A stretch of DNA of 64,000 nucleotides from Candidatus Borrarchaeum weybense (GCA_019057385.1 JAHQJS010000007.1:747685-811684); one strand, 5' to 3'. Counted from the stretch's first letter, positions 19,101 to 28,785 are shown. The notes: generated by a model not told the origin, from the letters alone. Numbers and translations are program-made.

Positions 19101-19989
19101 AATGCATTATGGTTTGACAGATACCTATATAATCGTTCCAATAGCGGAATATGAAATGGATATCAGGTATCTTCTTGCCTTATTAAATTCTCAAGTGCTT
19201 GATTTCTGGTATAATCATGCGGGAAAGGCAAAAGGCGGCATGAACGAGTATTTCACCACACCATTAAGCAGAATACCTATACGAGAAATCGATTTCACAA
19301 ACCCTGAAGACGTGTCGATGCATGATGAACTTGTTAAATTGGTAACGCAGTTGATTGTTTTATTTAAAATAAAAGACTGGGTTCGCTCAACTATCAAAAA
19401 TTTACTAACTATTTTCAGTATGCTTAAAAAAGAATCTCTTGACTATTATTTTAATCTAAACGAGCCTTCCTGGATAGAAAGATACGGCATAGAACTTTTA
19501 AAGAGCAAAAAGATCGAAACCAATGAAGAAGTCCTTATTAAAGAATATAACGTAGATTTAGAAGACAATTACATTATTATCAAGACAAAGATTGATGAAG
19601 AAAAGATATTCAGAGAAGTATTGCGATTATATTTTAATAACCAACATTTCAGAGATTATTTCTATTTAAACTTAATAGAAAATGAAGGAAAAAGAAATTA
19701 TAAAAAAAAGAAGCCCTTATACACTACTACATTGAAAGATATGGTAGTTCGAAGATATTCTGAGTCTAATCTAATTAATGATAATGTTTCAACAATTCTA
19801 AACTTGATGGAAGTTCTGAATAAAGAATTCAGGAAAGAACATGATGAAATAAAAATAAAATTAGATTTATCAAAAGTAAAAAAGGAGATAGCTGAACTTC
19901 AAGTAAAAATAGATCATCTGGTTTATAGACTTTATGACGCCCTTACCTACGAAGATTCTAAAATTATAAAGGGTGAATTGATAGAATAG
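16120..19989 (+). CDS. Type IIG (Eco57I-like) fused restriction endonuclease/N6-adenine methyltransferase with TaqI_C-like specificity domain
   Basis: N-terminal AD...IIEAK...WAILTNF nuclease; GIYYTP, LDAACGSGTFL, FDVVIGNPPY; YLLALLNS...PLSRIPI. Start may be ATG 16186. Confidence 0.93.
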   Translation: MYYSTLKKIFIDRSIRSRVVVLMTDEIRRTFEATIHELITKYDQWIHEKGEKGLKEISEANIRKDFVDPPFEALGWQVRDAHEYDAEKYVRPGHADVMIKLNEEPVMIIEAKRFRGIPERAFQQTINGISIRTDWYDEERQVLNYAYRTGVKWAILTNFEKFRVFNAFNGITVLNIEKPIEYIDRINEMLLLTKSSVESGQLDKIEERRELPDIDLGFLELLKDWRLKLARRIYELNVGKTVEIDGKQIVFSFDTEELMKKNLELIKSATQRLLDRLIIMRFAEDKLITEHPDLLKIINDNWIQTRGYRDINFLKNSLNDIFAGFYKKHNSKIFEKGHICEKLEIDNEVLSEIITALYGICFRKFTSDILGNTYESYLGHEFFFRGSTLDLRANLRLQKMGGIYYTPIDIVQFIVDYTLGIKLEKIWERTEELLGEGQHEEAIGFFIEVFDIKTLDAACGSGTFLIKVLELFEEYYRKFKEKIRGIRKLEQLDKISSYLKLPDGISNYTVAILKKSIYGNDLDPSASEITSVNLVLQSLEREKKLPLILYENIKIGNSLISGVTSEKDLDRFQNEIEKLTELREQLKEVEDVEEKKELEKEESTLREKIYSELNRNLKPYFDNLDDLMKPFVWEIEFPEIFSNGGFDVVIGNPPYFTIEGRREREQTIYYEYFKNFEVWKPYFRANSDIYYYFIIQAIRLLNKGGLFGFIIENYFLENDFADRLREFILKNTTVEKIIHFGDIKIFPTADNDTCILILKKEDNEKIRKENKIKVVRCKKTPELNENLIQQLQEMISKEFFEKKVQQERNKKLVEHIREHISKEEYSDDLIDVFWVQQNSLNENKWVLSIQEEIIDKIENVDFTLADCCYIGEGFKTGLNEAFIVDETTINKFGLESEILVPLLRNSHISRYYANYRDLHLIYATNETDIDAYENVKDYLDGFREKLENRFQFKDETCKWYSLSIPQSQELFDNASEKIFCPYRAERNTFAYDNEMHYGLTDTYIIVPIAEYEMDIRYLLALLNSQVLDFWYNHAGKAKGGMNEYFTTPLSRIPIREIDFTNPEDVSMHDELVKLVTQLIVLFKIKDWVRSTIKNLLTIFSMLKKESLDYYFNLNEPSWIERYGIELLKSKKIETNEEVLIKEYNVDLEDNYIIIKTKIDEEKIFREVLRLYFNNQHFRDYFYLNLIENEGKRNYKKKKPLYTTTLKDMVVRRYSESNLINDNVSTILNLMEVLNKEFRKEHDEIKIKLDLSKVKKEIAELQVKIDHLVYRLYDALTYEDSKIIKGELIE
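19249..19276 (+). repeat. 28-bp inverted repeat, copy B (inside the RM gene)
   Basis: TATTTCACCACACCATTAAGCAGAATAC. Confidence 0.9.
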
Positions 19990-20299
19990 ATTGAAATTGA
20001 ATACACATATTGATTTTTCAACAGGTACGATAAGACTAAACATAAGGGATTCATGCGTTTTATCAAGAAAAAGGTAGTTTCAAACGAGGAAGCAGAGGGG
20101 TAAGGAGAGTTTTAAGATGCTCTCCTTAAATTAAATCGTCGATATCGGCAAAATCGTTGTCAAGAAACTAGTAGGCAACTATTAAGCCAAGATATCCTTT
20201 GTTTTTTTCGTTACGACCTTTCTCGTCCTCTGCGAGTCATCCCTGCCCATCAAAGGCGTCAGACCTTTATGGATGAGTGATTTCATGCACAAGAACGTG

Positions 20300-20752
20300 C
20301 TACACGCTGAAAGCGGATAGCATACCGTCTTGCAAGTCATCAAGATAGAGATTCACTGTTAATAAGAGATGATTTTTCAAAGAAGAGAAACCAAATTCGA
20401 GAGATTCATTGATCTTATCAAGCGCTTGACATTTTTTAACAAAGGAATAGAGTGCATAAGGCGAATATTGGCACAGTTCAATCTCTCTCTTGAGTGCATC
20501 GAAATCTATAGCTTCGGTTTCTGCTGCGCCGTAGCGCGAGTACGTTGTCCACCTGAATTTTCGAGAAATGGCTGCAGCAAGTCTATCATAGTATTGAAGC
20601 AGGGAAAGGATAGGCAGTTTTCTTTCATCTATATCATAGTTACAATGGTTTTTCACAAGATTATGAACGTCTTCATCAATTAATGCCTTTTTTAATGAGG
20701 AATCACCAACATATCTAGAGACAAGATATGAGGATTCGTAACTAGTATGCAC
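20300..20752 (-). pseudogene. Probable truncated HD-like domain fragment (permuted HD of Cas10 type or a Cas1 C-terminal extension)
   Basis: LVKNHC...LLQYYDRLAAAISR and SSLKNHLLLT resemble the HD-domain HH/D and SLxxH motifs; the HD dyad itself is absent. Confidence 0.4.
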
Positions 20753-20842
20753 AACCTCCGATGCGTGTTTATTGGGTTGGCGAGTGTTATCCCTCCAAAA
20801 CGCTCTTTTTCCTTTTTTGTATTTCTGGAGTATCTTCTATGG

Positions 20843-21613
20843 TTACAACAATCTGATCATCCGATTTACCACATCGATGCACAAACCGAATAAATCCTGC
20901 ACTTCTTCAATATCATATATCTTCTCGGGATGCTGTGTAGGGTTTCTAAATGAGCGGCGAATATTATCTAAATTATTAAGAAGCACATCAGGTGGTTTAT
21001 TTCTACGTTTTTTGAGATGTTCGGTCATTGGTCCCCAGAGCATACCTTTAACACGATTTCTTTTTACAAAAGAACAGTAAAAATATCGTAAGACGGCTTC
21101 AGTTCCTCGTAGCAAGTGAAATGCCGCTGCTGTAGGACGTCCAAACGCAATACACTTGCCAGCTTCACCGAAGTCGTACTGGGCGATGTCAGGTAGAGCG
21201 TCAAAGACATTAGGAGCCATTAAAGCGGGCATATCATAAAGGACTTTATTGACATCAAGTCTCTTATCAGTAACGATAAAGGCTATGTTTCCCTCGGCTT
21301 CCGCTAAAAGTGTTTTTTTTAAATCATCCATAATTTCTTTAAGATCAGACGCTTCATCGGCTGTAAGGTTATGATCTGGATCTGTCTGTGCCAATTTATC
21401 GCTAAATTTTTTTAGCCTTTTTGTTGCGCCTGCACGTTGAGTGACTGGCAGATTAAATTCATTTAAGCTTTCAAAAATCAGATCTATGATAGGCAATACA
21501 CACCTTTCTCCGTGCACAGGATATGCATAATCTTCAAAAGATGTTATTGCATCATTAAGATACCTTATGTTTGCTCCAAAAATTATGTAGTCACATATTG
21601 GTTTTGATTGCAT
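20843..21613 (-). CDS. HEPN (DUF4145-like) domain defence protein
   Basis: EAGKCIAFGRPTAAAFHLLRGTEAVLR and an RxxxxH motif RNPTQH. Confidence 0.8.
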   Translation of the reverse strand: MQSKPICDYIIFGANIRYLNDAITSFEDYAYPVHGERCVLPIIDLIFESLNEFNLPVTQRAGATKRLKKFSDKLAQTDPDHNLTADEASDLKEIMDDLKKTLLAEAEGNIAFIVTDKRLDVNKVLYDMPALMAPNVFDALPDIAQYDFGEAGKCIAFGRPTAAAFHLLRGTEAVLRYFYCSFVKRNRVKGMLWGPMTEHLKKRRNKPPDVLLNNLDNIRRSFRNPTQHPEKIYDIEEVQDLFGLCIDVVNRMIRLL

Positions 21614-21886
21614 TTTTCTCCCCTCACCACAGTTTAACGTATGGCAGTTATATGTAACTTTTGCACAAAATTAGGAATCAAAACTTTTAGAACTATTAAA
21701 CATATTAAACTTAAAATACACGTCATTTTCGGTCGAGATGTTTAAAAGACCAAGGATTGAGTAGGTGAAAAAGATGAATATTGATCCACTAGGTTCTTTG
21801 ATCCAAAATTCGCACATCAAAGTGATAGGTTTGAAATAAATTCGCAACATTTATGAACCAACGGACCTGATATATCTGGAGGAACA

Positions 21887-22840
21887 ATGGGAACTTTTGA
21901 TACGTATTCGAAACGCAAAAAACGAATTGAAAATGCTGGGCAACCTGATGTCTATATTTATGATAAGTTACCAATGCGTTTACGCGTTCAGATTATCCAT
22001 ATATGGAACTCGGCTATTGGACCATTTTTGTCCAGAGAACGTCGGCTCCCTTTTCAACCTCCGCCACACTCCAATAAATTGTGGTGGAGACTACACACTA
22101 CAATATGTCGCGAGCTTAGTTTATTAACACTAGGAGATAGTAGTTCAGATCCATTTAATCGATGCCAACAGTTCCTACTAAAAGAAGAAGAAGTCGACAA
22201 TGTCTTAGATATTATTGAAGTATCATTTTGGGTTATTAATACTATTGTTCGCAAGATGATCCCCTCTGAACGAAGCGACTCAAACATTATACAATCGCCT
22301 GATGATGCTATTGAAGAATTAAATTATAGGTTTAGAGAGAATAGTGTCGGTTATCAGTATGTAAAAGGTAAAATTATCAAAGCAAACTCCCAGTATATTC
22401 AAGCGGAAGTTGTGCGTCCCACAATCTCACTCCTATCAGATGTAAAGTTCAAAGGTGCTGAAGAGGAGTTCCTAAAGGCTCACGAACATTATCGAAAAGG
22501 TAGAAATAAGGAAGCTATTGCCGAGGCAAATAAAGCGTTTGAAAGCACAATGAGGTCAATTTGCTCCGCTAAGAGCTGGAATGTTCCTGCCAATGCCACC
22601 GCAAGCCGTTTGATCCAAGCCTGTTTTGACAATGAATTAATTCCATCCAGTTTGCAAAGTCATTTCGGTGCATTTCAATCAACTCTTAAAGACGGTCTTC
22701 CAACAGTCAGGAACAAATTAGCAGGACACGGACAAGGACCGACACCAATTCAAGTACCAGATTATCTTGCTGCCTACGCATTACACCTTGCTGCCACGAA
22801 TATCGTTTTCTTGGTCAAGGCTTTTTTGAACTTAAAATGA
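21887..22840 (+). CDS. AbiJ-type N-terminal domain + Abi_C/HEPN protein (abortive-infection-like)
   Basis: FDTYSKR...DVYIYD..P..LRVQI; IEELNYRFRE..VGYQY; EAIAEANKAFESTM; RNKLAGHGQG. Confidence 0.85.
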   Translation: MGTFDTYSKRKKRIENAGQPDVYIYDKLPMRLRVQIIHIWNSAIGPFLSRERRLPFQPPPHSNKLWWRLHTTICRELSLLTLGDSSSDPFNRCQQFLLKEEEVDNVLDIIEVSFWVINTIVRKMIPSERSDSNIIQSPDDAIEELNYRFRENSVGYQYVKGKIIKANSQYIQAEVVRPTISLLSDVKFKGAEEEFLKAHEHYRKGRNKEAIAEANKAFESTMRSICSAKSWNVPANATASRLIQACFDNELIPSSLQSHFGAFQSTLKDGLPTVRNKLAGHGQGPTPIQVPDYLAAYALHLAATNIVFLVKAFLNLK

Positions 22841-23013
22841 TGCTCTAAACATCTTTGCGAATTTGTCTATGAATTCACAAATTTAGCCCACAAAAAATTA
22901 CATGCTCGATTCACAAAAATCGAAAATCCTTCAACCACGATTCGTTTTTTCGAACCGTAAGCTGGGCCTTTTTAAATCTAATTACGTTAAAAATATGAAG
23001 GAGGTGAAATGAA

Positions 23014-23550
23014 GTGGAAGTTGCTGAAGAGATTGTGACGTCTTGGCTTAAGCAAAAGGGATATTTTACAATGAACGAGATCAAGGTAGGTCTAAAAGAA
23101 ATTGATATTTTAGCCGTAAATCCTATCACCAACATAAAACAGCACGTAGAAGTTAAAGTCGCCATCACACCCCTTGGTGGACTACGACTTTGGGGCGCAG
23201 CGAAATATGCCAAAGAACCATTACCAGATAGGATCAGAGATTTTTGCCAGGGCAAATTTATTGGTTCGGTAAACAAGGAAACAAGGGAACTTAAGAATAG
23301 AAGCGTTGAAGAAGAAGCAATATCAATTTTCGGTGATAAGGATTATGATAAAATACTAGTTTGTGGCAAGTTAGACAAAACTGATCTACCGAAAGAAAAG
23401 CTCGAAACTGAATTAACCAAATATCACGTTAGATTGATCCCTATAACCGAGATCTTAGTTGATCTACAACAAAGCTTAAAGATTACCTTCATGGATCACC
23501 CAAGGCGCTATCTCCAGATCTTTACCACTTTTTTAGGAAGCGAGCGATGA
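23014..23550 (+). CDS. PD-(D/E)XK nuclease-fold protein
   Basis: AEEIVTSWLKQKGY...EIDILA...VEVK. Confidence 0.8.
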   Translation: MEVAEEIVTSWLKQKGYFTMNEIKVGLKEIDILAVNPITNIKQHVEVKVAITPLGGLRLWGAAKYAKEPLPDRIRDFCQGKFIGSVNKETRELKNRSVEEEAISIFGDKDYDKILVCGKLDKTDLPKEKLETELTKYHVRLIPITEILVDLQQSLKITFMDHPRRYLQIFTTFLGSER

Positions 23551-23699
23551 GGATTAGCGTCCTTCTTTTTTTTTCCTATTTTTCCAAAAATACTTTGTAA
23601 AAATCAAACTGTCCTTTCATGTTGTTAGATTGCTTTTTAGTACGATCTTTAGATATAGTAGAACCATTTATTCAAAATGAAAATTGGGAAGAGGAAAAA

Positions 23700-23825
23700 A
23701 TGGAGATTTATTGTGCAAAATGTGACGGTAATAGGTTTACTATCCGTGTTGACGAATTACTTCAGACCATACTTGTGTGCAACAGTTGTAAGACCGCATT
23801 TACTCTATTTTCACGTGAAACGTAG
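23700..23825 (+). CDS. Small zinc-ribbon protein (41 aa)
   Basis: CAKC...CNSC; ATG 23700 after GAGGA. Confidence 0.6.
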   Translation: MEIYCAKCDGNRFTIRVDELLQTILVCNSCKTAFTLFSRET

Positions 23826-24061
23826 GTTTCATTATTTTGCAGGGAAGAAAGAGATCACCATAGTGGGTGATGGTTCTTCCTTTCATTTAGGTAGAACGTC
23901 ACAGAAGAGAATTAACTTAGTAGGTACTTTCCTACTTTTTGCTGTAGAATACCAAAATTCTTCAGGTGTCCTATCCACTTCACAGGCTCCATTCTTTTGT
24001 AACCAAACCGCTCTAGGATAACGTGAAAATTTATGCCTGATATGTGTTCGGTGTTCAAGTA

Positions 24062-24730
24062 TTACTCGCAGTTTCGATACATTTGATGATTCCACACAGT
24101 GTGGAACCGTTTGGTGGAAGTTGTACTACTCTGTTTTAATAGATGTTTTTTGATACTAAGAGCCAATTTTTCTAGAGTAATAGGTATAGCCTCCCAATCA
24201 ATCCCTAGTTTCTTGTCAGGTAGACAGAATAACCGCTCTCCTTTGGGCGCCCCGGGGTATCGTGGCAGCAAGTGAAAGTGCAAATGTTCTGTAGTATCCT
24301 TTTCCTCTGTTTTTAGTTCCCGCTTTTCAAAGTGATCGCACATCGAATAGACATATACCTTTTCAGCACGTAGTTCTTCCTTGAGCCTTCGTGAATAACG
24401 TGAAAGGACTTCACCTATTTGCTCATGTGTCGCCTTAGATGCATTGGTTATGTCACATATGTCGTCATAAGGATATTTCCATATAACCAATGTATGTCCA
24501 GCAACTTTGGGGTCTCGTGAAAGAAGGACGATATACTCTATTGAATCTAAGGACATCTCGTTTTCGGGGTAAATTAGTCTATATTTCTCTTTTTCTAAGA
24601 AATCTCGCCACCCATCTTCGCCAGAATTTAGCCATTCGCAGAAGACACATTTTCTTTTTTTATGACGCTTGACATTTTCATCATCATTATTCATGATTTT
24701 CCCTCCATCAGTTTTAAATGTATAATTCAA
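24062..24730 (-). CDS. HIT family nucleotide hydrolase
   Basis: CVFC, GHTLVI, HLHFHLLPRY. Confidence 0.85.
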   Translation of the reverse strand: MNYTFKTDGGKIMNNDDENVKRHKKRKCVFCEWLNSGEDGWRDFLEKEKYRLIYPENEMSLDSIEYIVLLSRDPKVAGHTLVIWKYPYDDICDITNASKATHEQIGEVLSRYSRRLKEELRAEKVYVYSMCDHFEKRELKTEEKDTTEHLHFHLLPRYPGAPKGERLFCLPDKKLGIDWEAIPITLEKLALSIKKHLLKQSSTTSTKRFHTVWNHQMYRNCE

Positions 24731-25016
24731 AGTATAATAATGTTCAAACCTCTGATCTCTGCGTCTCCATTGATGAGATGCGTGAATTCAACACATTCAA
24801 CCGTGATCAATTCAGAGAAGGAAAATTCAACTTCACCTTTCAAAACATCGGAATACTTTAATCGTAATTCTAGTTGAAGATCAGTGAACACATTACTACC
24901 CAAATGTGTAACAACTTTTTGATATTACTAAGTATTTAATAAAAACATTGATCTTATCGTGGTATCGAGTTTACTAAAATCACAAACACGTTCAAGGATA
25001 TGCGGATGGTAAAAAA

Positions 25017-26288
25017 ATGCATGAAGAATATGTAAAGGATATGTACGATCATGTAAAGAAGCAAAATACATGGCGTAAGAAAGAATGTATAAATTTAATT
25101 GCGAGTGAAAATGTTTCAAGTCCTTTAGTCGACGATATACGTATTTCAGATTTTATGCATAGGTATGCTGAAGGATTACCATACCAGAGGTATTACCAAG
25201 GCACGAAATATATAGACTATATCGAAAATAAAGTAGTTGAATTAGCAAAAAAAATCTTTGACGTCAATTTCGTTGAACCGAGAGCAATTTCAGGAACTGT
25301 AGCTAATTTAGCAGTATTTAGTGCTCTAACAAACCATGGTGACAATATAGCTACCCTTAGTATTCCTGCGGGTGCCCACATAAGTCATTTAGGGGTTGGT
25401 TGCGCGGGTATTTGTGGACTAAAACAATTTGATTTGCCCTTTGATGAAAAAGAGATGAATATTGATGTTGATAAAACAATTACACTTCTCGATACCAATA
25501 ATTTTAGTCTTATTGTCTTAGGTACAAGTTTGTTTCTATTTCCAGCCCCCGTAAAAGAATTGAAAGAAGCTATAGGCAAAGAGACGAAAATTGTTTATGA
25601 CGCAGCACACGTACTCGGATTGATCGCGGCAAAAGAATTTCAAGATCCGATAAGGGAAGGTGCGGATGTTATCTCTTCCTCAACACATAAAACACTGCCT
25701 GGACCGCAAGGTGGCATTATTCTAACAAACAATGCAGAGCATTACAAGAAAATATCGAGGGCTGTATTTCCTGGTATTGTATCTAATCATCATTTAGCGA
25801 GGCTTCCAGGTCTAGTAATTGCACTTGCTGAAATGTTAGATTTTGGTAAAGAATACGCAACGCAAATGATAGTCAATGCCAAAAAATTAGCTGAATGTCT
25901 TTATGAACGAGGGTTTCAGGTGTTGTGTGAACACAAGAATTTCACAAAGTCGCATCAAGTCGCTGTTGATGTTCAGAATTATGGTGGTGGAACTAAAGTA
26001 GCGACAAAATTGGAAAAAGCAAATATCATCTGCAACAAAAATCTGTTACCTTGGGATAAACCGAAAAAATCCCTAAATCCTTCTGGGATCAGAATAGGTA
26101 CAACAGAAATGACACATGTAGGTATGAAAGAAAAAGAAATGGAGAGAATAGCTGAATTCATTACAGATACAATTATTAAAGAAAAAGATACAGAAAAAAT
26201 CAAAAAAGAGATAACTGAATTTAAACAGGACTTTTTGGAAGTCAAATATACCTATAAACTCAGCAATATGAGTCCAAATAGCATCTAG
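25017..26288 (+). CDS. glyA: Serine hydroxymethyltransferase (archaeal type)
   Basis: INLIASEN, RYAEG, YDAAH, SSTHKTLPGPQGG, SNHH, PSGIRIGT. Confidence 0.97.
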   Translation: MHEEYVKDMYDHVKKQNTWRKKECINLIASENVSSPLVDDIRISDFMHRYAEGLPYQRYYQGTKYIDYIENKVVELAKKIFDVNFVEPRAISGTVANLAVFSALTNHGDNIATLSIPAGAHISHLGVGCAGICGLKQFDLPFDEKEMNIDVDKTITLLDTNNFSLIVLGTSLFLFPAPVKELKEAIGKETKIVYDAAHVLGLIAAKEFQDPIREGADVISSSTHKTLPGPQGGIILTNNAEHYKKISRAVFPGIVSNHHLARLPGLVIALAEMLDFGKEYATQMIVNAKKLAECLYERGFQVLCEHKNFTKSHQVAVDVQNYGGGTKVATKLEKANIICNKNLLPWDKPKKSLNPSGIRIGTTEMTHVGMKEKEMERIAEFITDTIIKEKDTEKIKKEITEFKQDFLEVKYTYKLSNMSPNSI

Positions 26289-26409
26289 TTTCTCCCAGGA
26301 TGACCTGTCCATCGGGTATTTTGCGATCGGGTCATATTACCTCTATTGACCGCTCATATGGTTTTGATGATGCATTCGTAGGATGACCTATCCTTTAAGA
26401 AAAGATAGT

Positions 26410-27339
26410 TCAATCCGGAGCGTGTCCTGCATTAAGTGTAAGACTATCTAATTCTACTGTGGTACAGTAGGGAATATATCCTTTCTCCTTTGCAAGTGTA
26501 TAAGCTTCATCAATATAATCCTGCTTATTACAATAGTCAACTGTCAAGACAAGTTTATTTTCAGCTACAACCAGATCCAGATACGTCTCGATTGCGTCCC
26601 TATGATGTGTAGAAGTTCGAATATTTGTAGCCTCAAAGTATACTTCTTCTCGCCCTATTCCAGTCAATGCATTGAGATAATTCATATTTTCGACGAGTTC
26701 TTCTGCATTTTGGGCAAAAATTCCAAAATCTTTCGCACCTTTCGTCCTATGAGCATAATCTGCAATGGCAATAATAAAATTGATCATATCTTCTCGTGCA
26801 TTTGAATATCCCTTTTCTTCATAATATTGGTACGCGTCAATAATGTCTAAGTACACACCATCAAATCCTGCATCTATGATCTTATCTAAATAGCTATTTG
26901 GCGAGCCAAAAATAATATTTTGCCATTTCTCGTCCCAATATTTCACCTTGTAATTTCCTTCCCAATTGGGATTTACTTTATCTAACCATTCAGGTGCGCC
27001 CGGTTTCCAACCATCTTGCCAATAATATCGATAATCCTCAGCTTCACCGATGCTTAGATATGCGATGATTAACTTAGAGCCTCCAGGACCTCCTTGTAAA
27101 GAAATTATATCATTTCGGGTAAATTCACCAGAAGCCTCCCCATTAACAGAATAGTCTAAAACAAGCAAGTCAAATTTTGTCGTACGTGTTTCATCTATAT
27201 TGATATTCTGTAGTTGATACCCCCAGTCATTTATACCCTTCCATTTATTTGAGACTTGTATTTCTTGTACAATATGATAAGATGTTAATATGAGTGAAAA
27301 AATTGCTAAGAAAAGGATGATTGGGTATCTTCGTTTCAT
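26410..27339 (-). CDS. GH114/MJ1477-TM1410 family extracellular glycoside hydrolase
   Basis: WGYQLQ, AYLSIGEAEDYRYYW, NPNWEGNYKVKYW, GFDGVYLDIID, QNAEEL; N-terminal anchor. Confidence 0.9.
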   Translation of the reverse strand: MKRRYPIILFLAIFSLILTSYHIVQEIQVSNKWKGINDWGYQLQNINIDETRTTKFDLLVLDYSVNGEASGEFTRNDIISLQGGPGGSKLIIAYLSIGEAEDYRYYWQDGWKPGAPEWLDKVNPNWEGNYKVKYWDEKWQNIIFGSPNSYLDKIIDAGFDGVYLDIIDAYQYYEEKGYSNAREDMINFIIAIADYAHRTKGAKDFGIFAQNAEELVENMNYLNALTGIGREEVYFEATNIRTSTHHRDAIETYLDLVVAENKLVLTVDYCNKQDYIDEAYTLAKEKGYIPYCTTVELDSLTLNAGHAPD

Positions 27340-27660
27340 TAATTTTCCCTATTCATTTTTTAAGATAAATATATATCAGAGAATTATATGAGAGAGAATT
27401 GAGATTTTTTTCATATAAAAGCAACAAAATATTAACGCCTTTTATTCCTGTAGGCAACGTAAAGGCACTTTCACGAAAGCGCGCTCTTATTTACTACAGC
27501 TTATAGTTTTCTTAATATCAGTATTTCAAGGCATAAGTTCTTATAAAGCTAGCTGAGACTTATATTCCATTAAATTACATAGCACAAAATGCTAGATTTC
27601 GTCAAACGGGTCAGCGACAAAGAAATATAATGCAAGGTTGTATCTGAGGGGGTTGCCAAG

Positions 27661-28785
27661 TTGATGATCTTCATAAGAGATTTTACCAAGAGGATTATTT
27701 CAGGGGTTGCATTCTTAAGAAAAAAGATTAATCAATATATTGAAATATGGATTTCGATAGTCACAATAACATACATTATTATAATGCTATTCATCACTAG
27801 AAGAGCGCTTATCCTTCACGATTTGAATACAGCGATTTTATATCTATCTTTATTTGCGATTTGGCTACCAGTTGTGTGTATTATTGCGCTTTCAATCACA
27901 AATAGAGGTTTTTTTATCAAGATTCTAAAGACTAAAATATTTATAAACCAAATCAGTGCTGCAGCAACTTATCTTGCTCTATTTTATGGATTTTTAAATG
28001 ATATTGTTATTTTCGCTCTGTCTCCGCCTTTCAATTTATATTTACTTTCCGTATTTTACGGAATGGCTGCTATAACTTTTTTTAAAGGGTTTTATGACCT
28101 TTATACTGAAAGACATTGTCTTTTAAGAGAATATATCCTTTCTAAAATTTCGGACATTATTTTGAAAATGAAACGACATGTTGTTATTATAGGACTCGGA
28201 ACTCTTTGTCAGATGACAATTCTTGAGTTAATTCGCCGACAGATTCCTTACTTCTCTAAAAGTCCGAAAAAGGGAGTCTTTAATAGAATTTTAAATCGGC
28301 TAATTAGTTTCAAAAATCCTATTGAAACGACGATTTACATCAGTCCTCAAGAAAAACGAAAAATTTTAACAAAGGTCCTCATTGTTGATGAGAAATCGAA
28401 AGATGTTACATCAATCGGAAGACATGGTGTACTAGACATGATTGGATATGCCGAGGTAGGTGATTCTGAACATTGCGCACCTGTTCTAATCGGTAATATG
28501 GATACTGAAACGATTAAGTATAGATCAAATATTAGCACTGCAAAATTCGTTATATTAACAGCCGACAGTTTTCAAACTGGTTTATATCTAGCTAGATTAA
28601 TAGAAGAAACCGATAAAATTAAAGGAATAATCCGTGCAACCTCAGCTAGTCAAATTGAATTGCTTTACAAATATGCAGAAGAGGCGATTCAGTCACAAAG
28701 ATTGCACATATTCTATCCACAACAATTTCTTGGAATGAGACTTGCGGCAAAAGCAAAATTATTGTACGCTGGGGATAAAATATGA
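27661..28785 (+). CDS. 4-TM membrane protein with C-terminal RCK/TrkA-N-like Rossmann domain
   Basis: Four hydrophobic helices, then MKRHVVIIGLGTL, VLIVD, VLIGN, SNISTAKFVIL, IIRA, FYPQ. Confidence 0.7.
   Translation: MMIFIRDFTKRIISGVAFLRKKINQYIEIWISIVTITYIIIMLFITRRALILHDLNTAILYLSLFAIWLPVVCIIALSITNRGFFIKILKTKIFINQISAAATYLALFYGFLNDIVIFALSPPFNLYLLSVFYGMAAITFFKGFYDLYTERHCLLREYILSKISDIILKMKRHVVIIGLGTLCQMTILELIRRQIPYFSKSPKKGVFNRILNRLISFKNPIETTIYISPQEKRKILTKVLIVDEKSKDVTSIGRHGVLDMIGYAEVGDSEHCAPVLIGNMDTETIKYRSNISTAKFVILTADSFQTGLYLARLIEETDKIKGIIRATSASQIELLYKYAEEAIQSQRLHIFYPQQFLGMRLAAKAKLLYAGDKI

Noticed and set aside
23677-24095. Overlapping ORFs 23677..24021 (+) and 23883..24095 (-)
   Set aside because: No recognisable motifs or SD; possibly decayed gene debris, but not supportable.
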